Below are positions 27,628 to 38,671 of a stretch of DNA of 64,000 nucleotides, piece after piece; position 1 is the first letter of the stretch; every line of letters starts with the position of its first letter. The position numbers and the translations under genes are program-made. The notes beneath the pieces are model-generated. The model ran no database searches and was not told the origin of the DNA. It worked only from the letters and a program-made list of their open reading frames with translations. The stretch comes from Planctomycetota bacterium (GTDB lineage Bacteria; Planctomycetota; UBA1135; UBA2386). The DNA lies in the NCBI GenBank assembly GCA_965228735.1, contig OZ245838.1:288001-352000 (forward strand), in the 5' to 3' direction.

Positions 27628-30567
27628 CTACCGACCGCGGTCCTCGCCGTCCTGGCCGCCGCCCTGCTGGTCCTGCATCGACTGCATCGTCTCTTCGACG
27701 GCAGCCTTGATCGCGAGGAACAGCTTGGTGATCTCCGCGTGGCGGTGGGCGAGGCGCTCGACGAGCGCGCCCTCCGACTCGGTGATGCGTTCGTCGCCGC
27801 GCGAGCTGATCAGCAGGTGCAGGTCACGGTTGCTGCGCTCGGTATCGGCGAGCAGCTGCTTCAGCATCTCGAGCTCGGCGATGAGCCCGACGAGGCGTTC
27901 GCGCTGCGGGTTGAACTTGTTCTCGCCCTGCTGGTCGCCCTGCTGCTCCTGCTTCTCCTTGCGTTCCTGCTCGCGGCGCTTCTGTTCGCGCTCGAGAGCG
28001 GCCAGCAGGTCCTCGCTGCGGCGCTCGACGTCCTCCTGCATCAGCGTCGTGAAGGAGCCGACGTCGGGGCGCCGGCCGCTCAGTCGATCGCCGATCTCGC
28101 GCAGGTCCTCGAAGTTGCTGCGCAGCACGGTCTGGTAGACCATGTTGCCCTCGTCGGTCAGGGCCTGAACGAGGAAGTCGATCCGCGTCGCCAGCTCGAA
28201 CTCCTCCTCGCCGAGCTGGTTCAGCTTGCGGCGCATCGGGCGCGACAGCCGACCGTTCTCGGCGACCTGCTGCGCTTCCTTCGTCTGCTGCGTGATCGGG
28301 CGCTGCTTCTCGAGGAACGCGAGCAGCTCTTCCTTCATCTTGAAGAGCAGCTCCTCCTGGCGCAGGTCCTGGTAGCGGTCGCGCTCCTCCTCGAGCTCCT
28401 GGGCCGCCTCTTCGAGCTTCTGGCGGGCCTCTTCCTGCTGCTCGCGGGTCTCCTCCTGGTCGCCGCGTTCCATCGCCTCCTGCGCGCGCTGCGCGGCTTC
28501 GGCGGCCTCGTCGAGCTTCTGCTTCGCGCGCTGCTGCTCCTGCTCCTCGAGCATCTTCGCCAGCTGCACGATGTCGTCCTTGAGCTCCTCCTGGCGCTTG
28601 GCCTCGGCCGCGAGCTGTTCCTTCTGCGCCTCGTTCATCGGGCGGTTCTGCTGCATCTGCTGCGCCGCCTGCTGCAGCTGGTCCGCGGCCTGCTCCTGCT
28701 GCTGTGCCGCGTTGCTCTGCTGCCCGTTCTGCAGGCTCTCGGCGGCCTGCTGCATGCTCTGCTGCGCGCTCTTCATCGCCTGCTGCGCCTGCTTGGCCTG
28801 CTGCGGCGACAGCTGGCCGTTCTCGACGGCGTCACGCATGGCCTCCGCGGCCGCCTTGGCCTGCTCGGCGAGCTCCTGCTGGCGCTCGGCGGCGGCCTGC
28901 AGGTCGGCCTCGCGGCCCTCGGTTGCCTGATCCAGCGCCTTCTCGAGCGTCGCCTTGGCCTGCTCGAGGTCGTCACGCGCGTTCTCGGCGGCGTTGGTCG
29001 CGTCCGTGCGGTTGCCTTCCTGACGGGCCTGCTTGACCTGGTTCTGGATGTCGCGCAGCGTCTCGGCGGCCTGCTGCAGGTCGTCGCTGGCTCGTTGCTC
29101 AGCGCTTTCGGCGCTCGGTGAGTTCGCGAGCTCCTCCGCTGCGGCCTTCGACTCGGCCGCCATGCGCGCGGCCAGCTGCTCGGCGTCGGGGTTGGCCTCG
29201 GCGTGCTGGCGGCGGGCGCGTTCGAGCTGGGTCAACGCGCGGTCGACCTGCTGCCGCGCCTTCTGCGTGTCGCCCTGAGCCGCGGACTCGCGCGCCTTCT
29301 CGAGGGCCTCCGCGGCCGCGGTCAGCGATTCGCCAGCTGGCGAGCTCTTCTCGCCGGCCTTCGGCGGTTCTTCCGGCTCGCCGCCGGCGGCTGCGTTCGC
29401 TTCGGCCTGACGCTCACGGTGCTCGGCGTCGAGCCGCTCCGCGATCGCCTTGGCGCGTTCCGCGAGTCGCTCGCCCGCCTCGATGTTGCGCGCGGTCGTC
29501 TCTTCGCCGCGTTCGTTCGCGAGCTCCTGACCACGCTTCGCGAGGTCGCCGAGCTCCTGGCGTTCGGCCTCGGTCTCGCCGGCGGGGGCGGAGCGCAGCT
29601 CCTTGCCGAGCTCGGCCCACTTCGGATCCGTGCGTTCGCCCGCGAGGCCGTTGTCCGGGATCTTGGGCGCGTCGTTCGCGAGCGCCTCGAGCCGGTTCTT
29701 GCTCTGCTGCACCGCGGCCGTGTCGTTGCCCTCGGTCTGCCGGCCGAACTCCGTGGCCGCTTCGCCGAGCTCGCGTTGGCGCTCCTGGTTGCGCACGTCG
29801 CGCGCCAGGTCGCGAGTCTGCTGGATGAGCTCCCCGAGGTCGAACTGGCTCTGCTGCTGCGTCGATTGCCGCGTACCGGCCTCTTCCTCGAGCGCGCGGT
29901 CGAGGCGGCCACTCTGGTCGAGCAGCTTGTTGACGCGGTCGAGGGCGGACTCGAGGAACGGTCGCCGCATGCCCGCGTCGCGGTTGTTGCGCTCGGCTTC
30001 GCCGCGCTCGCGGTCCGCGAGGTTGCCGAGCTGGTCGAGCAGCTCGCGCTCCGCTGCAGTCGGCTCCGCCATGAGCGCGTCGTTCGTCGCCTGCTGCAGC
30101 TCGCGCTGGCGCTTCTCGAGCTCGCGCGCCGCGAGCGCGCGCTCCGCGGCGAGCTTCTCGAGCTCCGCGATCGACTCGACCGACCGGCGGTCGAGCAGGA
30201 TGTCGAGCAGCTTCTCGAGGTTCTGCACGACGTTGCGCTGCTTGCGAACGGCTTCGCTGAACGCCGTCGCGCTGAGGTCGTCGCGGATGCTGGCCGCATC
30301 GCGCAGCAGCTGGGCTTCCTGGATGTGCTGCAGGCCCGCCTCGAGCAGATCGACCTGCTCCTTCTTGCCCTCGCGCTCGTAGCGCGTCTTGAGCCGCTGC
30401 ATGAGCGCTTCGAGGCGCTCGCTCTTGCGCAGGATCTCCTGCTGTTCCTTGCGCAGCCGCTCGAGCTGTTCGGGGTCGACCTGCGCCGCGGCGACGTCGG
30501 CGAACACGCCGGTCGCGGTCAGCGTGAGCAGGGCGGAGATCAGCAGGGTCGTCTTGCGTGCCATCAT
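27628..30567 (-). CDS. Large secreted coiled-coil protein (DUF4175-like)
   Basis: Signal peptide and extensive Q/E/A heptads; overlaps the upstream stop. Confidence 0.8.
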   Translation of the reverse strand: MMARKTTLLISALLTLTATGVFADVAAAQVDPEQLERLRKEQQEILRKSERLEALMQRLKTRYEREGKKEQVDLLEAGLQHIQEAQLLRDAASIRDDLSATAFSEAVRKQRNVVQNLEKLLDILLDRRSVESIAELEKLAAERALAARELEKRQRELQQATNDALMAEPTAAERELLDQLGNLADRERGEAERNNRDAGMRRPFLESALDRVNKLLDQSGRLDRALEEEAGTRQSTQQQSQFDLGELIQQTRDLARDVRNQERQRELGEAATEFGRQTEGNDTAAVQQSKNRLEALANDAPKIPDNGLAGERTDPKWAELGKELRSAPAGETEAERQELGDLAKRGQELANERGEETTARNIEAGERLAERAKAIAERLDAEHRERQAEANAAAGGEPEEPPKAGEKSSPAGESLTAAAEALEKARESAAQGDTQKARQQVDRALTQLERARRQHAEANPDAEQLAARMAAESKAAAEELANSPSAESAEQRASDDLQQAAETLRDIQNQVKQARQEGNRTDATNAAENARDDLEQAKATLEKALDQATEGREADLQAAAERQQELAEQAKAAAEAMRDAVENGQLSPQQAKQAQQAMKSAQQSMQQAAESLQNGQQSNAAQQQEQAADQLQQAAQQMQQNRPMNEAQKEQLAAEAKRQEELKDDIVQLAKMLEEQEQQRAKQKLDEAAEAAQRAQEAMERGDQEETREQQEEARQKLEEAAQELEEERDRYQDLRQEELLFKMKEELLAFLEKQRPITQQTKEAQQVAENGRLSRPMRRKLNQLGEEEFELATRIDFLVQALTDEGNMVYQTVLRSNFEDLREIGDRLSGRRPDVGSFTTLMQEDVERRSEDLLAALEREQKRREQERKEKQEQQGDQQGENKFNPQRERLVGLIAELEMLKQLLADTERSNRDLHLLISSRGDERITESEGALVERLAHRHAEITKLFLAIKAAVEETMQSMQDQQGGGQDGEDRGR

Positions 30568-32927
30568 TTGCCTCGCAGTTCTTCCGTTCGCAGCTGGAGG
30601 TCACGCTGCCGGTCGCGCAGTGCGCGCGCTTCCTGCACCGTGTCCTGGTAGTCGTTCCATTCCTCGAGGCGGCTCAGCAGGATCTGCAGCGCCTCGGCGA
30701 TGTCTTGTTGTTGCTCGAGGGCGAGCTGCAGCAGCGTCGCGCGGTCGGCGGGCTTGCAGACCTGCGCCTCCGCGAGCGTGCGGGCAGCGCCCGGGACCGC
30801 GATGTTCGCCATCCCGTCGACGATCGCGATCATGGACAGGACCGGGTCGAGCGCGGTCTCCATCGCGCCGAGCGTGCCGGCCTTGCGACGTTCGAACAGG
30901 TCGCGGTAGAACGCCGGGTCGCGCGCGAGCGCTTCCTCGAGCGTGCTGCTGTGCTGGCGATAGAGGTCGATCACGAGCGCCGCGTTGGGGCTCGGGTCGA
31001 GGCGGTTCCACAGGTGGGCGTCGAACGCCGCCATGAGACCTTGGTGCAGCCGCTCGCAGCTGCTCAAGACCCGGCTCTGACCGACCTCGACGGCGCTCAG
31101 CGTCTGCGCGAAGCCGAGCGGTGTCACGTCGTCCTGTTCGGCCAGCTCCTCGAGGCGGAGCCGCCGGTCGATCTGGATGTCGAGGGCCTGGCTCGTCTCC
31201 TCGCGCATCCGCCGGAACGACTTCGCGATCGAGTCCGCGAGCTGCTGCGCATCGACGATCTGCACGATGCGGCGCGGCAGCTGGACCTCGCCGGCCTCGG
31301 GCGCGCAGTTGTCGGTAATCGTGAGCTGCAGCGCGAGGCTGTCGTTGCCCTGGCTGCTGCCGACGAGTTCGCTGACCTCGAAGATCTCGGTGAGCACGGC
31401 CTTGTTCGGGCGCGGGCCACCGCCCTCGGAGCGCGGGAGCAGGTCCTGGGTTCGGACTTCGGTGCCGGCGCGGTCGATCGCGAGCGTGACGGACGCGAGC
31501 CCGAAGTCGTCGCGCGCTTCGCCGCGGATGCAGAGCAGGCCGGTGGGGAGCAGCAGCGCGGTCTCGTTGCCGGGCAGCAGCCAGCGCCCGACGGGGGCGT
31601 AGTCCTTGAGGGCGCTGATCGGGTAGGTGCCCGGGTTGGGGTTCTTGAGCTCGTTGTCGCCGACGAGATCGATCTGGTAGCGGTCGGGTCCCTGCACGAC
31701 GAACTCGGCGCGCAGAGCCGTTCTGGTGCCGTTCTCGTCCTCGATCGTCGTCGGCGCGAGGTCGAGCTCGCGGCCGCTCTCGAGGAACACCATGCGCGCG
31801 CTCTGCACGGCCGCTGTCGTCGTCACGAACAGCTCGACGCCGCTGCCGACGAGGGCTTCCACCGCGCCGCCGAGCTGCTCGACCTGGGCGACGCCCGTGT
31901 ACGCGGGCGGCTGCACGTTGGCGCGGATCGTTGCGACCTGCGGCGGGCGCACGGTCGTCACGCGCACGAGCAGGTCACCGTTCTCGTCGTCGCCGCCGCG
32001 GGCGTAGAACTCGAACGCGCCGGAGACCTTGCGGAACACGTGGCGAAAGCGGTCGCCGGCTCGCGGCGACATCGGGATGCTGCGCGCGGCGGCGCGCGCC
32101 ACGTCGTCGCCTGCGCCGCGCAACGGCGTGACGTCGAGGAACACCTCCTTCGGTACCACGCCACCGACCGTCACGACGACGTGCAGTTCGCCGCCGGCGG
32201 GCAGCAGCAGCTCGGCCACGCCGTCGTCGTTGCCGTCCGTGTCGACGCGGTGCAGCTCGGCGCTCTCGGCAGGCAGCTGGATCGCGAGGTAGGTCTCGCG
32301 CGGATACTCGGCCGCGAAGCCCAGCTGGCGCAGCAGGAAGGTCTTCGCCGTGGTCGGCGAGAGCAACGCGCCACCGATGAGCGTCGCGACCGCGAGCGTC
32401 GCGGCGCCGCCGACCCGGCGCGTAGTGCGGCCGTCGAGGAAGCGCTCGAGCGGCAGGCGTTCCACGGCCGTCGCGGTCTCCTCGACGACGCGGTCGATCA
32501 TCGCGGCCGACTGGTTGCGGAGGGCGCGGGCGTCATCACCGTCGCCTGCGCTGCGCTGGAGCTCGACCGCCGACACGAGGCGCTGGTGCAGCGCCGGGAA
32601 CGCGCGTTCGAGAGCCTGCGCGATGTCGAGTGCGGTGAACCGCCGGGACATCGGGTAGAGCACGAACCGCGACAGCGCGTAGCCCGCGAGGGCGATCACG
32701 GCCAGCGTGTGCAGCAGGCGGATCGCGACGGGCAGGCGCAGCGAGTGGTCGAGCGCGAAGAACAGCAGGATCGCGAGCGCCGGCAGCAGCAGGACGAAGC
32801 CGAGGCCGTGCACGACGTAGCGGCGGCGCAGTCGGGCGTGCTGGCGATCGAGCAGCGGCTCGATCGCGCGGGCGAACGTGCGGCGGGCTTCCGCCGCGTT
32901 GGGGTTGGTCTCGGGTTCGGTGCTCAC
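30564..32927 (-). CDS. Membrane protein, DUF4175 N-terminal-like, with Ig-like periplasmic domains
   Basis: TM hairpin, A..LERAFPALHQRLVSAVEL, third TM, PPAYTG and ARDDFGL motifs. Confidence 0.8.
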   Translation of the reverse strand: MSTEPETNPNAAEARRTFARAIEPLLDRQHARLRRRYVVHGLGFVLLLPALAILLFFALDHSLRLPVAIRLLHTLAVIALAGYALSRFVLYPMSRRFTALDIAQALERAFPALHQRLVSAVELQRSAGDGDDARALRNQSAAMIDRVVEETATAVERLPLERFLDGRTTRRVGGAATLAVATLIGGALLSPTTAKTFLLRQLGFAAEYPRETYLAIQLPAESAELHRVDTDGNDDGVAELLLPAGGELHVVVTVGGVVPKEVFLDVTPLRGAGDDVARAAARSIPMSPRAGDRFRHVFRKVSGAFEFYARGGDDENGDLLVRVTTVRPPQVATIRANVQPPAYTGVAQVEQLGGAVEALVGSGVELFVTTTAAVQSARMVFLESGRELDLAPTTIEDENGTRTALRAEFVVQGPDRYQIDLVGDNELKNPNPGTYPISALKDYAPVGRWLLPGNETALLLPTGLLCIRGEARDDFGLASVTLAIDRAGTEVRTQDLLPRSEGGGPRPNKAVLTEIFEVSELVGSSQGNDSLALQLTITDNCAPEAGEVQLPRRIVQIVDAQQLADSIAKSFRRMREETSQALDIQIDRRLRLEELAEQDDVTPLGFAQTLSAVEVGQSRVLSSCERLHQGLMAAFDAHLWNRLDPSPNAALVIDLYRQHSSTLEEALARDPAFYRDLFERRKAGTLGAMETALDPVLSMIAIVDGMANIAVPGAARTLAEAQVCKPADRATLLQLALEQQQDIAEALQILLSRLEEWNDYQDTVQEARALRDRQRDLQLRTEELRGK

Positions 32928-32987
32928 TGCGTTCGGTTGCTCGGCCGGGATCGACTGCGGGCGATGTGGGGGGGAGGCGCGACGCGG

Positions 32988-34187
32988 TCAGCGCTGGAAG
33001 ATCGGCAGGTACTGCAGCGGGATCTGCAGGATCAGCGTCGCGACCGCGGTGCTGAACGCCTGGCCCGGGCCGGCGCGGCACGGCCAGCTGCCGTCGGGCC
33101 GCTGCATGCGCAGCAGCTGCGCCTTGATGTCACGGAAGTAGCGCGTCCACTTCGGATCGCCTGTCACGTAGTAGGCCTGCACGGCGTAGTAGTGGCCGTA
33201 GTAGAAGAAGTAGTGGCCTTCCCAGTCGTCGCTGAACGAACCGCGGCGCCGATCGAGGTACTCGATCGCGTTGTCGATGATCGGGCTCTCGTACTCACCC
33301 GCCGCGTAGAGCGTCGTCACGCCGGCCGCGGTGAGCGGGAACGTCGCGCGCGTCTGGTCGCGGTTCTGGTACCGGAAGCTGCCGCCGTCGTCGCCGAAGC
33401 GACCGCGGCCGTAGTAGTGGTAGGTGCGGTCGTTGCTGCGCACCGCCGAGCGGTAGACGTAGTTCTGCGCGTTGCGGATCGTCGTCAGCGGCACGTGGAT
33501 ACCGACGTTGCGCGCCGAGCGCAGCGCGAGCACCTGGCACACGGTGATCGACATGTCCGACTCGCGCGCGAACGGCCGGTAGCGCCAGCCGCCCTCGGCG
33601 TTCTGCGAGTCGACGATGAGGTCGACCGCGCGCTGCAGCGTGCGGCGCACCTCGGGGCGGTCGACCATGCCGTAGATCTCCGCGAGGAACAGCGTCGCGA
33701 ACGCGTGGCTGTACATTCGCGTGCCGTTCTCGGTGATCTGACCGTCGTCCTTCGCGCACGACAGCACGAAGTCGAGGCCGGCGCGCACGTTGGTGCCGTA
33801 CTCGCCGCGGTTGGGCAGGTGGCCGCCCGCGAGGAAGCTCATGAGCGCCAGGGCCGAGACGCCGACGTGCGGCTGCGGGTTGGGGTCGAGGGTCTCGTAG
33901 TCGGTGTTGAGCTTGTAGCCCACGTACTCGGCCCAGTAGCCGTCCTCGTGCTGGTTCTCCTGCAGCCAATCGAGGCCGCGCTTCACCGCGGCGCGCAGCG
34001 GCGCGTCGATCAGGGCGTCGTTGCTCGTGCCGCGTCGCAGCACCTCCTGGCCCGTCAGGCCCGGCGCCATGAAGCCGGCTACGAGAACCGATCCCACGAT
34101 CACGCGCCCGGCGACGGTTCGGAGAACGGTGGGCGCAGCAGCGCGTGAGAACGCAAGGCGAACGAACGTGCGGATGTCAGCCATCAT
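32988..34187 (-). CDS. Prenyltransferase/squalene-oxidase-repeat (alpha/alpha barrel) protein, predicted exported
   Basis: GLDWLQENQHEDGYW, MYSHAFATLFLAE, SQNAEGGWRY, SDMSIT...LALRSA, QRPDGSW; ATG at 34187 overlaps the upstream TGA. Confidence 0.88.
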   Translation of the reverse strand: MMADIRTFVRLAFSRAAAPTVLRTVAGRVIVGSVLVAGFMAPGLTGQEVLRRGTSNDALIDAPLRAAVKRGLDWLQENQHEDGYWAEYVGYKLNTDYETLDPNPQPHVGVSALALMSFLAGGHLPNRGEYGTNVRAGLDFVLSCAKDDGQITENGTRMYSHAFATLFLAEIYGMVDRPEVRRTLQRAVDLIVDSQNAEGGWRYRPFARESDMSITVCQVLALRSARNVGIHVPLTTIRNAQNYVYRSAVRSNDRTYHYYGRGRFGDDGGSFRYQNRDQTRATFPLTAAGVTTLYAAGEYESPIIDNAIEYLDRRRGSFSDDWEGHYFFYYGHYYAVQAYYVTGDPKWTRYFRDIKAQLLRMQRPDGSWPCRAGPGQAFSTAVATLILQIPLQYLPIFQR

Positions 34188-37100
34188 CGTTTGGTGTTCT
34201 CCGGACCGAGGACCACGAGATACTCGGCACAGCAAAGGACAGTGTAAGGGCCCACGGAGCTCAGCGCATAGGTGGGGTCGATGTCGAGCGACCGGTACTT
34301 CTGACCGTCGGGCAAAGCGCCACGGCGGTTGTCGAGCCCGATCGAATAGAGCCGGAATCGGCCGCCGCGATCGGGTCGCACGCCGAACGTCAGGAAGCCG
34401 TCACCGACCTGCGGCGCGCGCTCGATCTCACCGAGGCCGGCGCTCATGCGTTCGACGAAGCTGGGTATGCCGTCCTCGAGGCCAAAGCAATAGACCCGGC
34501 GGTCGCGGCCGTCCGCGGACTCGAGGTCCGAGACCAGGAGCGCGCGCGGTGCCGGACTGCGCGTGAACGTGCGCTGCCAGTTGAGGACGTCGATGTCGTA
34601 GCCGAGCGGTTCTTCGCGCAGCGGGTTGCCGGTCGCCGCATCGAGGATGGCGATGCGGCCATCATGGCTGTCGTCGCCGTCCTGCACGATCACCACCTTG
34701 TCGCCGAACAGCGCCGCCATCGCGAGTCGGCGGTCGGCCACGCCGCGCCAGTGCCATGCGACCTCGCCCGCGTTGTCGATCGCGAAGAGCTCGGGGATGT
34801 CCTTCGAGTACGAGCTGTCGATCGGCAGGTAGATGCGCTCGCTGTCGCCGCACATCGACTGCGGGAAGATGCGGGTCGCGATGCCTTCCGCGCGCGGCAC
34901 GGCGTCGGGGATCGGGATCGTGCGCAGCGTGCGGCCCGTCAGCGGGTCGAGGCGCAGCAGGCGACGCTGCTTCGGGTCGTCGACCTGGATGACGACGAGC
35001 TCGTCACCGATCGGCTTGGGCACGGGGCGCATGCGTTCGCCCGGCAGGGGCCGTGAGAACAGCACCCGGCCGCTCAACGGCTCGACGCCGTAGCAGCGCG
35101 ACGGGCCTTCGCCGTTGCTCGGCTGCGCGTTGAGGTGGAACACGCCGCGCTGCACCCCGAGGCCGTCGAGCAGCTGGCCGTCGGTCTCGTCGAGCTGCCA
35201 GCGCGTCCGGCCGGTGCGGTAGTCGATCGCGAACACGCGCTCGAGGTCGGGCACGATCAGCGTCTCGCCGCACAGCACCACGTGCTCGAGGAACTGCACC
35301 GGCAGGGAGTAGAGGATCGGCTTGTGCTCGCCGGCCTGGTGGACGTCGATGGCGAGCAGGTCGGCGCCCGCGACGGCGAACAGCGGCTGGTCGGCCGGCG
35401 GCGTGAAGCCGTCCGCGTGGATCGTGTCGACGAGGCGGAACGACTCGCGCGGTGTGCGCGGGCGGATCCGGGCGACCTCGTGCAGCGGCAGCGCGAGGCG
35501 GTTGGTCTGCGGCGGCTCGATCAGCGCGGGTCGCAGAGCGGCGAGCACGTCGGCGAAGCGCTTGCCGCCGTCGGCCGGCCAGTCCGACTCGACGTCGCCG
35601 AACTTCGCCAACAGGTCCGCGACGCTGCGCGCGAGTCCGCGGTTGCCGCGGACCCGGGCCGCGACGAGCACGCGGCGCAGGATCCGGGGATCCATCTGCT
35701 CGCGCGACAGCTCCTGGGCGAGGACGTCGCACGCGATGGCGAGGTCGCCGCGTTCGACGGAACGGTCGAGCACGCGCGTCCGCGCGGTGCGCGCCGCCTC
35801 GCTGTTCGGGAAGCGTGCACTGACCGAACGCAGGGCGTCGGGGTCGTCGCCGGCGTCCGCGAGGGCGAGGTCGGCCCGCGTCGCGACGGCCGCGTAACAC
35901 GCCTTGCCGTGGCGCGCGAGCAGCCGCCCGATCGCCGTCATCGCGAGGTCGCGGGCCGGCTGGCCGCGGAAGCTCGCGCCCGGGTAGTTCTCGAGCAAGT
36001 CCTGCCACGTTGCGACCATGCTCGCCGGCTCCTGGCCGGGGAGCTGGGCGCGGCGGTAGAGCACGAACGCGCGGACCGGTTGCGGCCCGTCCGCGAGCAG
36101 GAGCTGCTGGCCGACGGCCGTGCGTTCGAGCCGGTCGAGCTCGGTGCGCAGGCGCTGCGGGAACGTCGCGCACTGCTCGAGCACGTGCATCTGCATGTCG
36201 ATCCAGCGGCGGATGTCGGGCGCGGTCTCGCGCGCCTCCACGAGCAGTTCCAGCGCCTCTGGGGCCGACGTGTTGACCGCGGCGATGGCGGCGCTTTCGG
36301 CCTGAATGAACAGCTCGCGCTGCAGCGCGCGGCGCACGGGATGGGAGCGGGCGAGGCCGCGACGCTGGCAGGCCTCGAGCCCTTCGCGATAGAGCGCGGT
36401 CACCTCGGCGCGTTCTTCCGCGGTGGGCGATTCCGGCAGCAGCGCCGCGCGCAGCGATGCGAGTCGCAGCACCGCGGCCGGGTCGTCCGGCGAACGGTGG
36501 TAGCGTTCTTCGACGCTCGCGAGCACGGCGGTGCGGTCGTAGAACAGATCGAGCGCGCCGAGTCGTAGCGACGACACGATGCCGTCGACGAACACGAGGT
36601 TGCCGCCGGCGTAGTCGCGGAGGATCATGCGCTCGGTCGGCGGCAGTTCGTCGCCGTTCCGGTCGAAGGCCGTGATCTGGCCGAGGCGGGCGAGCCAGAG
36701 GCGATCCCCGGCGATCGCCGGGCGGCCCGCGACGCCGCCGCCGGCGCGCTGCCGGAAGTTCATCGGGGAGACCAGCTGGCGCACCTCGGTGCGGCCGGCG
36801 AGCAGGCCGTCGGAGCGCGCCTTGATCGCGATCGCGCCGCGCCCCGTGAGGATGAACTCGTCGCCGATCGCGCCGGCGAGCCAGCGCACGTCGTGCTCGT
36901 CGCCGTTGCACGGTGCCCGGTGGGGGACGCGCCACAGCAACCGCCCCGTCTCGGCGTCGAGGCCGAGCACGAACGGCGAGTCGAGCGGCGTCGAGCAGAG
37001 CACGCCGTCGATCACGACGGGTGCGTTGTTCATGAAGTAGACCGGGCGTTCGCGCTGGCGGCGCAGGCTCGCCGTCGGCATCTGGACGACGTCGTGCGAG

Positions 37101-38671
37101 GTGACCCAACGGGTCTCGCCGCTGCTGGCGTCGATCGCGAACACGACACCGAGGTTGCTCGCGCCGTAGATCACACCGTTGCTGATCGCGAGCGGCGACG
37201 CGGCGAACTCCATGCGCGCGTTGCCGAACATGTTGACCTCCTGCTGACTGCTGCAGACGAGCCGGCGCCAGCGCAGTTCGCCGGTGTGGAGGTCGTACGC
37301 GCCGATCGAGAACGCGATCGCGCCCGAGCGGTCGTGCACCGGGATGTAGACGGTGTCGTCGACGACGAGCGGCGGGCCACACGCGTCGTGGCCGCGGTAA
37401 CGGCGCGAGATCGGACCGTCGAGCTCGTCGAAGTGGCGCCACAAGAGCGCGCCGGTCGTGCGGTTCCACGCGAACGTGCGGCGGCGCGCGATCTTCGACA
37501 GGATGCGGAAGTTGTTGTGGAAGTCGACGTTCGCCGTCCGCTCGGGCACCTGCAGCGCGGCGACCACGACCTCGTCACCGATGGCGGCCGCGAGCACCAT
37601 GTCGTGGTTGATGCCCGAGCCCGCCTCGCGGCGCCAGTGCCGGCGCGTGCGGCGGGGCTGCTCATCGTTGCCGAGCGGCGCCTCCGACACCCAGCGCTCC
37701 TCGCCCCGCAGCGGGTCGTAGGCGTGCAGGTCGCGGCCGGTGTTGACGAACAGGCCGTCGAGGTCGCCGACCGCGTGCATCGCGTAGTTGCCGCTCTCGC
37801 GATTCTGGAAGCCGCTGGCGTAGACCGCACGGCTCCACCGGGGCGCCGGATTGCCCGCGGGCTCGCTCATCGGCGTACGGCCGTCGCCGCCGCCGCCGAG
37901 CGCGGGGTAGCCCGTCGGATCGCTGCTCGCGGGCAGCACGTCGAGCACGGCGCTCGTCGCGTCCTCGCGCGGTGCGCCCGTGCCGGCGTCGCCGTTGCTG
38001 CGCGCGGCGCGCGCCGTGCGCGGATCGACGAGGGTGCCGGCGGCCTGCAGGCGGTCGGCGAGCCGTCGTTCGGCCGTGCTGCCGATCGCGGTCGCGTCGA
38101 GCGCGCGGCGGTAGTGCCCGATCGCGCCCGGGCCGTCGCCCTGTTCGAGCGCGAGGTCGCCGAGTCGGGTGCGGGCCGCGAGCCCGGCCTTGCTCGTCGG
38201 GTAGCGCGTCGCGAGCAGCTCGAGCTGTTCGGCCAGCAGCTCGTGCAGCGGCCGTTCGAGCAGGTAGCCGGCTTCGCGGCGAACGAGAGTCTCGTAGGCC
38301 TCCTTGGCCTTCGGCGACATGTTCGCGAGCGTCGTGATCACGGCGAGGCGCAGGCCCTGGAAGCGCCCGGGCGCGACCGGCGCGACGCCGCCGAACTCCT
38401 GCTGCAGCAACCGGTGCAGGCGCTCGACCGCGGCCGTGTACTCGCCCTTCTCGAGCTCGCCGAGGCCGAGGTCCCACTCGTGGATGTCGTCCTGCGATCG
38501 GCGGAGCGAGAACAGGTTGTCGTCGCGCCCCGTGGTGAACTCCATCGGCCGGGTGATCTCGCGCGCCGGGACCGGAGCCTGGGCGAGGGCCCCGACCGTC
38601 GGGATCGTGAAGGCCAGGACAGCGACCCCGAGGGACGCGAGGTATCCGGTCGGCGCGGCGGTCTGGGTCAT
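34184..38671 (-). CDS. Large exported PQQ-like (BamB-type) beta-propeller/TPR protein
   Basis: Signal peptide from M at 38671 and repeated A.D..TG...W blades in two clusters separated by helical repeats. Confidence 0.85.
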   Translation of the reverse strand: MTQTAAPTGYLASLGVAVLAFTIPTVGALAQAPVPAREITRPMEFTTGRDDNLFSLRRSQDDIHEWDLGLGELEKGEYTAAVERLHRLLQQEFGGVAPVAPGRFQGLRLAVITTLANMSPKAKEAYETLVRREAGYLLERPLHELLAEQLELLATRYPTSKAGLAARTRLGDLALEQGDGPGAIGHYRRALDATAIGSTAERRLADRLQAAGTLVDPRTARAARSNGDAGTGAPREDATSAVLDVLPASSDPTGYPALGGGGDGRTPMSEPAGNPAPRWSRAVYASGFQNRESGNYAMHAVGDLDGLFVNTGRDLHAYDPLRGEERWVSEAPLGNDEQPRRTRRHWRREAGSGINHDMVLAAAIGDEVVVAALQVPERTANVDFHNNFRILSKIARRRTFAWNRTTGALLWRHFDELDGPISRRYRGHDACGPPLVVDDTVYIPVHDRSGAIAFSIGAYDLHTGELRWRRLVCSSQQEVNMFGNARMEFAASPLAISNGVIYGASNLGVVFAIDASSGETRWVTSHDVVQMPTASLRRQRERPVYFMNNAPVVIDGVLCSTPLDSPFVLGLDAETGRLLWRVPHRAPCNGDEHDVRWLAGAIGDEFILTGRGAIAIKARSDGLLAGRTEVRQLVSPMNFRQRAGGGVAGRPAIAGDRLWLARLGQITAFDRNGDELPPTERMILRDYAGGNLVFVDGIVSSLRLGALDLFYDRTAVLASVEERYHRSPDDPAAVLRLASLRAALLPESPTAEERAEVTALYREGLEACQRRGLARSHPVRRALQRELFIQAESAAIAAVNTSAPEALELLVEARETAPDIRRWIDMQMHVLEQCATFPQRLRTELDRLERTAVGQQLLLADGPQPVRAFVLYRRAQLPGQEPASMVATWQDLLENYPGASFRGQPARDLAMTAIGRLLARHGKACYAAVATRADLALADAGDDPDALRSVSARFPNSEAARTARTRVLDRSVERGDLAIACDVLAQELSREQMDPRILRRVLVAARVRGNRGLARSVADLLAKFGDVESDWPADGGKRFADVLAALRPALIEPPQTNRLALPLHEVARIRPRTPRESFRLVDTIHADGFTPPADQPLFAVAGADLLAIDVHQAGEHKPILYSLPVQFLEHVVLCGETLIVPDLERVFAIDYRTGRTRWQLDETDGQLLDGLGVQRGVFHLNAQPSNGEGPSRCYGVEPLSGRVLFSRPLPGERMRPVPKPIGDELVVIQVDDPKQRRLLRLDPLTGRTLRTIPIPDAVPRAEGIATRIFPQSMCGDSERIYLPIDSSYSKDIPELFAIDNAGEVAWHWRGVADRRLAMAALFGDKVVIVQDGDDSHDGRIAILDAATGNPLREEPLGYDIDVLNWQRTFTRSPAPRALLVSDLESADGRDRRVYCFGLEDGIPSFVERMSAGLGEIERAPQVGDGFLTFGVRPDRGGRFRLYSIGLDNRRGALPDGQKYRSLDIDPTYALSSVGPYTVLCCAEYLVVLGPENTKR

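Noticed and set aside
30558..34148. 1196-aa plus-strand ORF (also 40020-44039 +, 7044-9428 -, 20909-23383 -, 56204-58603 -)
   Set aside because: These are antisense shadows of well-supported genes, expected in high-GC DNA, and show no recognisable motifs.
32988..34187. Squalene-hopene cyclase / terpene biosynthetic cluster
   Set aside because: It is a single barrel with a predicted export signal, no DxDD motif and no isoprenoid genes nearby.
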